Of a stretch of 57,405 bases of DNA, positions 1 through 8,246 are shown piece after piece (the stretch's first letter is position 1; the number at the start of each line of letters is the position of its first letter). Source of the stretch: a virus (Duplodnaviria > Caudoviricetes); the IMG/VR virus record IMGVR_UViG_3300036834_000217, positions 1 to 57,405 of that record; one strand, given 5' to 3'. The notes beneath the pieces were generated by a model. That model made no database searches, had not been told where the DNA came from, and saw nothing but the letters and a program-made list of their open reading frames with translations. Made by a program: the position numbers and the translations under genes.

Positions 1-4
1 GCTG

Positions 5-529
5 GTGAATATGGTGGACGGGAGGAGCGGCAGCTCGACGCCCCACGGCACGGTCTACAAGATCCCGTACTTCCGATACCAGAGCGCCCTCGGCTCGGTC
101 ATCGCCGACCCGGTCAAGGGTGACATCGGGGAGATCGTCGTCCACGATCGGGACACCAGCGTGGTCCGGGCGAACGCGGACCAGGCGAACCCAGGGTCGA
201 GGAGGCGGCACGACCTAGCCGACGGCGTGTACCACGGCCAGCACCTGTCGACCGCGACCCCGGCCCAGGGCGTCGCCTTCACGGGTACCGGCCTGAAGAT
301 ATTCGACAAGAACGGGAACACGATCACCCTGGCCAACAACCTGATCACGATCCAGGTCGGGAACGCCACCTATACGCTCGACCAGAATGGCAAATTCTCG
401 GCATCCGGGGAGGTCGAGGCGTACGCCGGCGGAACGGGGGCTGGGTCGAATGTCCACCTCTCGACCCACGGGCACTCCAGCGTTCAGGTCGGGTCCGGGC
501 AGAGCGGCCCGCCCGTCCCGGGCTCGTAG
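5..529 (+). CDS. Baseplate spike/gpV (Gp138-like) protein, probably 5'-truncated by the window edge
   Basis: Motifs DPVKGDIG...DRD, RRHDLADG and C-terminal 'LSTHGHSSVQVG' (HxH spike tip); directly upstream of baseplate genes. Confidence 0.75.
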   Translation: MNMVDGRSGSSTPHGTVYKIPYFRYQSALGSVIADPVKGDIGEIVVHDRDTSVVRANADQANPGSRRRHDLADGVYHGQHLSTATPAQGVAFTGTGLKIFDKNGNTITLANNLITIQVGNATYTLDQNGKFSASGEVEAYAGGTGAGSNVHLSTHGHSSVQVGSGQSGPPVPGS

Positions 530-598
530 GATCGGCGGCATGGCCGATCTCTCGCTGCGGAGGATAGCTGAGCGGTCTCGCCCGCTACTAGGGATACC

Positions 599-1036
599 AT
601 GAAGACTCTCGCGCTGTCCACGCCAGACCAGACCGGAGGAGGCTGGGATCTGGTCGTTGACTCATCCGGCAACCTGGCCGTAAATTCCGGCGGCGTCGCG
701 CTTGCCCAGGATGTGGCCAGCGCGGTACGAACTTTTAGGGGAGAGCAGTGGTACGACTGGACCCTCGGCGTCCCGTACTTCCAGCAGATCCTCGGCCGGC
801 GAGTTTCCCTCCAGTTCGTGAAGCAGGCGCTCGTCGCGGCCGGGATGACCGTGCCGGACGTCGCCTCGATCACCTGCTTCCTGACCGGCCCCGGCGCGGG
901 CCGCGAGGTCGGAGGTCAATTGCAGATCAGGAGCACCAGCGGGCAGGTCGCGGTGGCCGAGACCGGGAACCTGCTCGGCACGCTGCCGTGGTGGGTATCG
1001 GCAGTCAGTGAGGAAGCCGCCGGAGCGACTACGTGA
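599..1036 (+). CDS. Baseplate wedge subunit (gp25/W-like)
   Basis: WDLVVDSSGNLA...AQDVASAVRTFRGEQWYD..LGVPY pattern typical of this myophage gene; lies between spike and baseplate J. Confidence 0.7.
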   Translation: MKTLALSTPDQTGGGWDLVVDSSGNLAVNSGGVALAQDVASAVRTFRGEQWYDWTLGVPYFQQILGRRVSLQFVKQALVAAGMTVPDVASITCFLTGPGAGREVGGQLQIRSTSGQVAVAETGNLLGTLPWWVSAVSEEAAGATT

Positions 1037-2466
1037 GCAACGGCTTCGTAACTGCGGTTCCTCAGCCGACCTTCGGGCCGACTGGAGTCGTCCTCCCGAC
1101 CGAGGACGCGATCCTCACCGGCGTCCAGACCGATATAAACTCGGCGCTCGGCGGGGGCGTCAACCCGGGGCTGACGACCCCCCAGGGGCAGATCGCGACC
1201 TCCGCCACCGCGATCATCGGGGACAACTACGCATTCCAGGAGTGGGTCTTCAGTCAGTTCGACCCGGCGCTCAACGAGGGCCGCGGGCAGGATGCAGTCG
1301 GGCGCATCTACTTCATGGATCGGATCTCGGCCGAGCCGACCGTCCAACCGTGCGTCTGCTCGGGCCTCAACACGACGCCGATACCTGTGGGGGCCCAGGC
1401 CCAGGACCCGGCGACTGGATTAATCTGGCTTTGCCAGCAGGCCGGGGCGATCGGGGCCTCGGGCACAGTTACTCTGAACTTCGAGTGCGCGACCTCTGGC
1501 CCGATCGCGGCGCCATCCAGCCTGAGGATCTACCAGCAGATCTACGGGTGGGAGAGCGTCGCCCCGACTGGATCCTCGGTACTCGGCAACCTCGTCGAGA
1601 CCCCGAGCCAGTACGAGGCCAGGCGGAGGGCGTCGGTCGCGGCCAACGCCAACCAGATCCTCGACGCGATCCAGGGCAAGGTACTCGCCCTGCCCGGCGT
1701 CCTCGACTTCTATGGCTATGACAACGTCCTGGCCACCAACGCGACGGTGGGCGGCGTGACGCTCGGGCCCAACTCGATCTACGTCGCCGTCCTCGGCGGA
1801 TCCTCCGCGGCCATCGCGTCCGCGATCTACTCGAAGAAGGGGCCGGGGTGCGGCTACAACGGCAACACGTGGGTGACGGTCCAGGACCCCAACCCGGCCT
1901 ACGTGCCGCCCGTGCCGACCTACAGCGTTGGCTACACCGTGCCGACGCTGGTCCCGTTCGTCGTCCTCGTCACGATGTCCAACAACTCGGGCGTCCCGAG
2001 CAACGCGCTGGCCCTGATCCAGAACGTTATCATCAGCGCCTTCGCCGGACTCGACGGGGGCTCCCGCGCCAAGGTCGGGTCGAGGGTACTGGCCAGCCGC
2101 TACTACGCCGGCGTCCTCGCTCTCGGGTCGTGGGCGCAGGTAGTGGAGATAGAGCTGGGAGTCCGCGGCAGCGGCGCGACGTTCACTGGGTCCATCACGC
2201 TTACCACGCTCACGGTCTCCGCCGTGGCCAGCGGGACGCTGGTCCCCGGCCAGCTGCTGCAGGACGCCGGGTTGCTGGCCACCGGCACCATCCTCGGGGT
2301 ACAGCTTACCGGAACGACTGGTGGTACCGGTACTTACACAGTGAGCAAGTCTCAGTCCGTCGCGTCCGAGACGATGTCCTCGACTACCCTCCTGGACTCG
2401 GTTACGATGAACATAAACCAGGCGCCGTCCGTGTCGGCCCTTAATATCAACCTGGTATTGCAGTGA
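1033..2466 (+). CDS. Baseplate J-like protein
   Basis: TPQGQIA, FDP...GRGQDAVGRIYF, G...ET...YEARR motifs; 477 aa; gene order. Confidence 0.85.
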   Translation: MSNGFVTAVPQPTFGPTGVVLPTEDAILTGVQTDINSALGGGVNPGLTTPQGQIATSATAIIGDNYAFQEWVFSQFDPALNEGRGQDAVGRIYFMDRISAEPTVQPCVCSGLNTTPIPVGAQAQDPATGLIWLCQQAGAIGASGTVTLNFECATSGPIAAPSSLRIYQQIYGWESVAPTGSSVLGNLVETPSQYEARRRASVAANANQILDAIQGKVLALPGVLDFYGYDNVLATNATVGGVTLGPNSIYVAVLGGSSAAIASAIYSKKGPGCGYNGNTWVTVQDPNPAYVPPVPTYSVGYTVPTLVPFVVLVTMSNNSGVPSNALALIQNVIISAFAGLDGGSRAKVGSRVLASRYYAGVLALGSWAQVVEIELGVRGSGATFTGSITLTTLTVSAVASGTLVPGQLLQDAGLLATGTILGVQLTGTTGGTGTYTVSKSQSVASETMSSTTLLDSVTMNINQAPSVSALNINLVLQ

Positions 2467-2473
2467 GGGGATT

Positions 2474-2797
2474 TTGATGATAGGCGCCCCGGACGTCGCA
2501 CCGCTGACTGAGGACGACAAGCTCTACGGCGCCGCGTTCAAGGTCGTGTACGAGCGCCTGAACCCGGACGCCTGCGGCCCGAGCGAGTGGCCCAAGCTGT
2601 GTGCCACGGCGGAGGTCATGCGCACCTGGGCGAGGGAGCAGGAGCCGGCCGTCCGCAGGGCGTACGAGCGCGCCATCGACGGCGAGGATCCCAGGTACCC
2701 GGGAATGATGCAGCGCGCCGCGGCTCGCGTCGAGAACGTGAGGCGCGGGGTCATCATGACAGACGCCTACAACTCCATCGCGAAGCCGCCGGTGTGA
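2474..2797 (+). CDS. Hypothetical protein inserted in the baseplate operon next to an orphan repeat array
   Basis: 107-aa ORF with upstream GAGGGG and phage-like codon usage. Confidence 0.55.
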   Translation: MMIGAPDVAPLTEDDKLYGAAFKVVYERLNPDACGPSEWPKLCATAEVMRTWAREQEPAVRRAYERAIDGEDPRYPGMMQRAAARVENVRRGVIMTDAYNSIAKPPV

Positions 2798-2826
2798 GGA
2801 AAGGAACGGGTGAGAGGATTTGTGTC

Positions 2827-2962
2827 CGATCCTCTTACCCGACTCGACTCGCTCTGAGTGATCGGTACTCTCAATGGCCGCGGCTCACTCTGGTCTCACG
2901 GTACTCTCCGAGATGCCGGCTCGCTCGACACTTCCGGTACTCTCGACGGCATCGGCTCGTCT
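2827..2962 (-). repeat. TIGR-like dual-repeat array 1 (orphan; 3 intact units plus 1 degenerate, 36-nt period)
   Basis: + strand CGGTACTCTC-type motifs at 2827 (degenerate), 2863, 2899, 2935 alternate with CGGCTCGCTC-type motifs at 2845, 2881, 2917, 2953; 8-nt variable spacers. Confidence 0.85.
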
Positions 2963-2979
2963 CTTAAATATACGGCTAG

Positions 2980-3666
2980 ATGATTAATTGGCAGCAAACC
3001 GTTCTGTCGCAGTATGCGTCCAGTCCGCGGCTCATGTCGCTGCTGACCGCGATCGACGCCTGGATCTCTCCCGACGGGGCGTACGAGAACTTCTACCAGT
3101 TCGTTTGGAACGTCCTGAGCGCCTCCAGCGGAAACGGAGGCGGATATAGCTATGGACTGGACGTATGGGGGAGAATCGTCAACATCCCCCGCGTCGTGAC
3201 TCTCACCGGCGTGCCGACTACCGGCTTCGCCGAGGCCGGCGACCGGGTAGGCTTCAACCAGGGGCCGTTCTACGAGGCTGGCATCGGCGTCACTACCAAC
3301 TTCCGGCTCGGCGATCCAGTCTACCGCCAGCTCATCCTGGCCAAGGCCGCCTACAACATCACCGACGGGTCGACCCAGGCGATCAACGCCATCCTGATGA
3401 ACCTGTTCGCCTACCGCGGAAACTGCTGGGTCACGGACGGGCGCAACGTCGGGCCCTCGTCGGTCGGCTTCGCCGAGGCCGGCGACCGGCTCGGCTTCAA
3501 CCAGGGCCCGTTCTACGACCTGATTCACCCGTCCCTCCCGGCGAATATGACACTCACCTATACGTTCTCGTTTCCTCTCCAGGACTTCGAGAAGGCAATA
3601 GTCCAGTCCGGCGTCCTGCCCAAGCCGACCGGAGTCCAGGCGTTCTGGGCGTTCCTCGGGGGTTGA
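2980..3666 (+). CDS. Baseplate protein (DUF2612-like)
   Basis: TVLSQYASSP, GLDVWGRIV, YRQLILAKA..NI, VLPKPTGV motifs; follows baseplate J. Confidence 0.8.
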   Translation: MINWQQTVLSQYASSPRLMSLLTAIDAWISPDGAYENFYQFVWNVLSASSGNGGGYSYGLDVWGRIVNIPRVVTLTGVPTTGFAEAGDRVGFNQGPFYEAGIGVTTNFRLGDPVYRQLILAKAAYNITDGSTQAINAILMNLFAYRGNCWVTDGRNVGPSSVGFAEAGDRLGFNQGPFYDLIHPSLPANMTLTYTFSFPLQDFEKAIVQSGVLPKPTGVQAFWAFLGG

Positions 3667-3670
3667 TCTA

Positions 3671-4372
3671 GTGCTACTGAGTCAGATACCTGCCAAGGTG
3701 CCCACGCCGTGGGCGAGTGGCTCCGGCTCGCCGTACATCCGCGCGGTCCCGACGCCGTCGCAGCAGAGCGTCCAGAATGGGGCGGCGAGCTTCACGGACG
3801 GGTTCCCGCCGCTCTGCTTCGTGCCGATCGCCACCGGCGGCGCCGGATTCTTCGGCTCCGACATGAACGGCATCCTGAATCAGGTCACCGCGGACATCCA
3901 GTGGCAGCAGGCGGGGGCGCCGTTCACGTTCGACCCCGCGTGGGCCACGGCGATCGGCGGCTACCCGCACGGTGCCCTGATCCCGTCGGACTCGGCGCCG
4001 GGTCAGTTCTGGTACTCGACGGTCGACAACAACTCGGCGGACCCAGACACGGGCGGAGCCAACTGGCTGTCGTACGCGATGCTGCTTGGTGGCACTGGGA
4101 ACGCCCAGATCATCCAGGTCGGGAACTCGCCCACTATAAACTGCTCGGCTGGCTACGGGCAAACAGCCGTCACCTTCCCGGTCGCCTTCCCCCACGCCTG
4201 CCTCCAGGTCGTGGCCAGCGACGACGGCGTGTTCCAGGGGGTCGTGGGGGGATGCGTGGTCTACGCGTGCAGCAGTATCACGGTTAACGGGTTTACTCTG
4301 ACCGCCGCTACGCCGGCCCAGCCGACTAGCACCGCTGCCGTGAACGCACGATACATAGCGGTAGGGTGGTGA
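3671..4372 (+). CDS. Tail fibre protein
   Basis: AS(F)TDGFPP...GG...G.DMNGIL, FD..WATAIGGYP.GA, S..DNN..DP motifs; C-terminal 'FPVAFPHAC' domain. Confidence 0.8.
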   Translation: MLLSQIPAKVPTPWASGSGSPYIRAVPTPSQQSVQNGAASFTDGFPPLCFVPIATGGAGFFGSDMNGILNQVTADIQWQQAGAPFTFDPAWATAIGGYPHGALIPSDSAPGQFWYSTVDNNSADPDTGGANWLSYAMLLGGTGNAQIIQVGNSPTINCSAGYGQTAVTFPVAFPHACLQVVASDDGVFQGVVGGCVVYACSSITVNGFTLTAATPAQPTSTAAVNARYIAVGW

Positions 4373-4373
4373 T

Positions 4374-4910
4374 ATGACGCAGTACGCGTACCACGACTCG
4401 TCCCAGCCAGACCCCAAGCCGGTGATCGGCTGGTACGACACCGAGCTGTATCGCTACCAGAGCCTCCCGGATCCCTCGAACCTGCTGGAGATGTCCCAGG
4501 AGCAGTGGGCGAAGCGCCAGGACGGCCTCTGGGCCGTGCAGAGTGGTACACTAGTTCCCTACTCTCCACCGGCGCCAGCGCCTTCCCTAGCACAGCGGGC
4601 GGCGACGCTACTGGTCGGTGGGCTGGACATCGTGAGCACGGGCGACCCGTCGCTGAGCGCCACCTACCCGTGCGACCTGATGGCCCAGCAGCAGATCTCC
4701 GCCGAGGTGGTCAGCATCCTGCTGAACGGTACGTTCACCGATGGCGGCCCCTCGATAGAGTGGCGCGACGCGGCCGGCGGTGATCACGCGCTCTCGGCGG
4801 ACCAATTTAAGGCATTAGCTACCGCCATCGCGGCGTTCGTGACAGCCTGCGCGAAGTGCGTCGCCGGGCAATCGACGACACTCCCATCTGCGAGATCCGA
4901 GATATCATGA
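4374..4910 (+). CDS. Tail fibre assembly/chaperone-like protein (DUF4376-like C-terminus)
   Basis: Follows tail fibre; 'VIGWYDT' N-terminus and 'WRDA.G..H.LSADQF..LA.A' C-terminus. Confidence 0.6.
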   Translation: MTQYAYHDSSQPDPKPVIGWYDTELYRYQSLPDPSNLLEMSQEQWAKRQDGLWAVQSGTLVPYSPPAPAPSLAQRAATLLVGGLDIVSTGDPSLSATYPCDLMAQQQISAEVVSILLNGTFTDGGPSIEWRDAAGGDHALSADQFKALATAIAAFVTACAKCVAGQSTTLPSARSEIS

Positions 4911-5809
4911 TCATCGCGGTGAACTCGTCCCCAGACGCCAGCGTATCTATCAACACCGCGCTGGCGCAGGCAGCCTCCCAGGGGGGCGGGGAGGTCATCA
5001 TCCCCGCCGGTCGATACCACGTCCCGCCGGCGTCGAGCATCAGGTGGCCGGCCAGCGCCAACGGCGTCAGCCTGGTCGGCGAGGGTCCGCTGGCATCGGT
5101 GATCCAGGCCGACGCCCGCGGCTCCGACCTGCTCGACCTGACCGCGGGCAACCTGGCCCACGTCAGGATCGCGGGACTCGGTATCTCGGCCCTCGCTCCC
5201 TGCTCCGGCGGAGCCATGATCCACGCGGCGAACTGCTACGACCTCGTGGTCGAGCGCGTGAGACTAGATGGCCCGCTCCGCGATGGAATCGCGATCGATG
5301 GGGGGACGAACCAGTACCTCACGACGCTCTCGTTCGTCGTGATGCCCGGTGACCCGCGCTCCTTCCGCTGCGTGGTCATCGGAGAGGCCGGGTACCCGCA
5401 GGACACGTACATCAGCCTGTGCAAGTTCGCCGCGACGCAGTACGGCATCTGGGTCCAGAACGCCGGGGGGGTCTACCCGTCCAGCACGGAGGTGCTGGGT
5501 CACGCCCAGCACGGACTCGTCACCTACCCGATGCCCGGGCAGTCCGTCGACTGGTTCCAGGCGACTCAGTTCCTCGCCGACTCGTGCGGCGGGACCGGGT
5601 GGTACCTCGGATCGGGTGGTGGTACCGTTCGCGGCGTCTCGTTATCTAACTCGTGGGCGGCGTCGTGCAACAACGGACTGGAGATCTCCGGCCAGTGCGC
5701 CGACGTCTGCGTCGACGCCCCGACCAGGTTCCTGGCCAACCGCAACCGATCGGTGATTGACTACGGCGGAACGAACGTCAGGGTCTCGGCCTGGATGGAC
5801 AGACCCTAA
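4907..5809 (+). CDS. Pectin-lyase-fold beta-helix protein (putative tailspike/depolymerase)
   Basis: N-terminal 'INTALAQAASQGGGEVIIPAGRY' and 'VSLVGEG..SVI' (Pectate_lyase_3-type); ATG 4907 overlaps the previous stop. Confidence 0.7.
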   Translation: MIIAVNSSPDASVSINTALAQAASQGGGEVIIPAGRYHVPPASSIRWPASANGVSLVGEGPLASVIQADARGSDLLDLTAGNLAHVRIAGLGISALAPCSGGAMIHAANCYDLVVERVRLDGPLRDGIAIDGGTNQYLTTLSFVVMPGDPRSFRCVVIGEAGYPQDTYISLCKFAATQYGIWVQNAGGVYPSSTEVLGHAQHGLVTYPMPGQSVDWFQATQFLADSCGGTGWYLGSGGGTVRGVSLSNSWAASCNNGLEISGQCADVCVDAPTRFLANRNRSVIDYGGTNVRVSAWMDRP

Positions 5810-5811
5810 GC

Positions 5812-6162
5812 TCACTTACTGGGCGGCTCCGGCTGCTGGGGAGGTATCGGCGTGTGCGGGTACCGCTGCGGCTGAGGCGGCTGGGACTGGCCGTTGGCCA
5901 GCTCGGTCTGCTGCTTGTTGATGCCCTCGACGTACTCCTTGAGCCACTTGTCCTTCGCCGCGACCTGCTCCTGTAGCACCGCCAGCTGGCCCTGGGTCTG
6001 CCCCAGCTTGAACAGTAGCTGGGCGGTGCCTATGTTCTGCTGCGCCTCCGCCGAGAGCGTGCTCTGCTGAAGCGTGACCTCCGGGGCGGTCTGGGCAAGT
6101 GCTGATCCGGCACCGAGCGCCAGTCCGGCCGCGAACGCGACTGCCTTGTGATTGATAATCAT
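5812..6162 (-). CDS. Small exported coiled-coil protein
   Basis: Signal-peptide-like AVAFAAGLALGAGSALA-Q, Q-rich coil, Pro-rich tail; AGGAG RBS. Confidence 0.65.
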   Translation of the reverse strand: MIINHKAVAFAAGLALGAGSALAQTAPEVTLQQSTLSAEAQQNIGTAQLLFKLGQTQGQLAVLQEQVAAKDKWLKEYVEGINKQQTELANGQSQPPQPQRYPHTPIPPQQPEPPSK

Positions 6163-6183
6163 CTCATCTCCTTTTTTTGAGGG

Positions 6184-6214
6184 AAGGGAGGCCCGAGTGG
6201 GCCTCCCTTTTTTT
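6184..6214 (+). terminator. Rho-independent terminator for rightward tail transcription
   Basis: AAGGGAGGCCC-GAGT-GGGCCTCCCTT hairpin followed by a T run. Confidence 0.8.
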
Positions 6215-6226
6215 GTCTAAAATTTA

Positions 6227-6376
6227 CGCTCTTAAGCACACGGTACTCTCTCCTCGCTCGGCTCGCTCAGCTTCACCGGTACTCTCCTCGCAGTCGGCTC
6301 GCTCGTAGAGCACGGCACTCTCTCCTCACTCGGCTCGCTCGTGGACAACGGTACTCTCTACCCACTCGGCTCGACG
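6227..6376 (-). repeat. TIGR-like dual-repeat array 2 (4 units)
   Basis: CGG(T/C)ACTCTC at 6241, 6277, 6313, 6349 and CGGCTCG(CTC) at 6259, 6295, 6331, 6367; exact 36-nt period. Confidence 0.9.
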
Positions 6377-6387
6377 TCGGCTCGACG

Positions 6388-6951
6388 TCACGGACGGGGC
6401 GGATCGGGTGGGTGGCCGCCCTGGTGGTCTGGTGGGGGAGGGCCCCTCTTCTCCAGCTCGTCCAGAATAGATTGGCGAAGGAGGCGCGCACCCTCGTCCT
6501 CCCAGCAGTCCTTAACCTGTTGGGTATCGTCCATCGGCTGCGCCAGGGCCTCGTAGAACTTCGCACGCCCGAAGTGCCCGTTCCCGGATGACCTCTCGTG
6601 CTTGGCCTCCCTCAGTAGGTCGTGCTTGTACGCGACGTCGAGGGTGGTGTTGCCGATGGGCCACGACGCGAGCATCGTGAGGGTGCGACGGCGGATCGCC
6701 AGCTTGGCGTTGGGATAGTCGTATCGTGGCGCGCCCGCTGCGACGGGTCGGACGCCATCAGACAGCTCCTCCGCCATTATGCGGGAGCGCTGTGTCTTGC
6801 GCATGTGGTGCTGCGCCCGGACGAGTCCCCCGCGCAGTAGGTATTCTATGAGCTCTCGGTGCTTGCGCGGGCTCCGGAGCAGGGCGTCCACTACGGCATC
6901 GATGCTGCCGTGCTCGGCCAGCAGCTTCAGTATTTCATTCTCGTGAGGCAA
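6388..6951 (-). CDS. Hypothetical protein nested between TIGR arrays (candidate Tas accessory)
   Basis: 187-aa ORF, TTG start 7 nt after AGGAG, bounded by arrays 2 and 3. Confidence 0.7.
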   Translation of the reverse strand: MPHENEILKLLAEHGSIDAVVDALLRSPRKHRELIEYLLRGGLVRAQHHMRKTQRSRIMAEELSDGVRPVAAGAPRYDYPNAKLAIRRRTLTMLASWPIGNTTLDVAYKHDLLREAKHERSSGNGHFGRAKFYEALAQPMDDTQQVKDCWEDEGARLLRQSILDELEKRGPPPPDHQGGHPPDPPRP

Positions 6952-6972
6952 ATGCCATCTCCTCTGATTAAT

Positions 6973-7192
6973 TCGCTCCTAGGTCCCGGTACTCTCAGCT
7001 CGCGCGGCTCGCTCGCCATTCGCGGTACTCTCCCTTCTATCGGCTCGCTCGGTAATCACGGTACTCTTCGACCTTTCGGCTCGCTCGATATGTCACAGCA
7101 CTCTCCGACCTTTCGGCTCGCTCGATGGATGCGGTACTCTCCCGTTCGACGGCTCGCTCGGGGACCACGGTACTCTCGCCGGAGGCGGCTCA
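6973..7192 (-). repeat. TIGR-like dual-repeat array 3 (6 units)
   Basis: Loop-type motifs at 6987, 7023, 7059, 7096, 7132, 7168 alternate with CGGCTCGCTC; 36-37 nt period; directly downstream of the Nop-domain gene. Confidence 0.92.
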
Positions 7193-7194
7193 AT

Positions 7195-8223
7195 TTACTC
7201 GGCGGCGAGCGCCTCGTATCCGTAATATGCCTCCGCGAACCCGGGAAACATGTTAATATCGGGGATGCGGATCTCGTGGGCATGTCCCAGGATCGCGGTC
7301 GCGAACGGTCTCGGCGGAGCCTGGTGGTTCTTGTTCCAGTGCATGATCGCCTGGACGTGCGACAGGAAGATCTTGGTGGCGTAGTTGCAAGCCTGTTGAT
7401 CCAGGTTGCCTGCCGGGAGCCTACCCTCATTCAGTACCTTGCGCACGTCCGCCGACCTGGTCGCGAAGACCTTGGCGCGCTCGGCGTAGTCGCCGTGCTC
7501 GTTGCGGGCCACGACCAGCGCCTTGTGCTCGCGATAGAGCCTCCCGTAGAGTGCCCGCGGCTCGCCCGATATCCGCTTGAAGCACTGCCCCGCGTGCCAG
7601 CAGATCTGCTTGAGGTCGGGACTGTAGGGGCGCCTGCTGAGTGCCTTGGCCAGTGACGCCCGCGTCAGCGGCACCGGGTTCCCGGCGTGGTCGGTCGTCG
7701 CGAACCTCAGTACCACGGAGAACTTCTTCCCGGTCTGCTCGCATAGGATCCGGACGTCCCGGTCCGTGGGCTGGGCGCCCCTGACGGCCTTGCACACCAT
7801 CTTGTCTGCGGCCTCCCGACTGATCCACTTGGCCGTCGGGTCGAGCCCCGCAAATGCCCAGATCGCCCCGGCCGTCGTTGCCCGCTCTATGTCGATGTAC
7901 GCCAGCAGCCCGGCCGCGATCACCTCCGCGACTCCGTCCTGGGTCATCATCCATAGGCCGACCGGACTTGCCTCGGCAAACTTCCGAAGTGCTTTCTTGA
8001 GGTCGTCCTCTATCGACGCCTGGGCGTCGCCGAAGTAGTCGAGCATGCTGACCGGGTCGTCCTTGTCGCCCCGATGGCGGAGCTGCATGTCTGCGCGTTT
8101 CCTTAGATCTTGTGCCTGGTAGTAGTTCGCCACGAGGCACCTCGCCTCGCCATTCGTGAGATTAGACGCGGAGAGGATCCTCTCTCTATCAGCCTTGATG
8201 TTCTTCGTGTCGGTACGCCTCAT
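7195..8223 (-). CDS. tasA: TasA-like Nop/IS110-related RNA-binding protein (no nuclease domain)
   Basis: Coiled coil (YYQAQDLRKR), then 'GVAEVIAAGLLAYIDIERATTAGAIWAFAGLDP' (IS110 Transposase_20/Nop fold), 'RPY...LK', 'YGRLY...K', 'KIFLSH'; no N-terminal RuvC DEDD; flanked on both sides by 36-nt dual-repeat arrays. Confidence 0.85.
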   Translation of the reverse strand: MRRTDTKNIKADRERILSASNLTNGEARCLVANYYQAQDLRKRADMQLRHRGDKDDPVSMLDYFGDAQASIEDDLKKALRKFAEASPVGLWMMTQDGVAEVIAAGLLAYIDIERATTAGAIWAFAGLDPTAKWISREAADKMVCKAVRGAQPTDRDVRILCEQTGKKFSVVLRFATTDHAGNPVPLTRASLAKALSRRPYSPDLKQICWHAGQCFKRISGEPRALYGRLYREHKALVVARNEHGDYAERAKVFATRSADVRKVLNEGRLPAGNLDQQACNYATKIFLSHVQAIMHWNKNHQAPPRPFATAILGHAHEIRIPDINMFPGFAEAYYGYEALAAE

Positions 8224-8246
8224 TTTGATCTCCTTTTTAAATTAAG

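Noticed and set aside
6859-7656. ORFs running through the arrays with periodic 'GTL...GSL' or 'RYS...RLA' peptides
   Set aside because: Artefacts of translating the 36-nt repeat.
7195-8223. IS110-family transposase / insertion sequence
   Set aside because: Only the C-terminal Nop-like part is present; there is no N-terminal DEDD RuvC domain, and the flanks are 36-nt dual-repeat arrays rather than IS ends.
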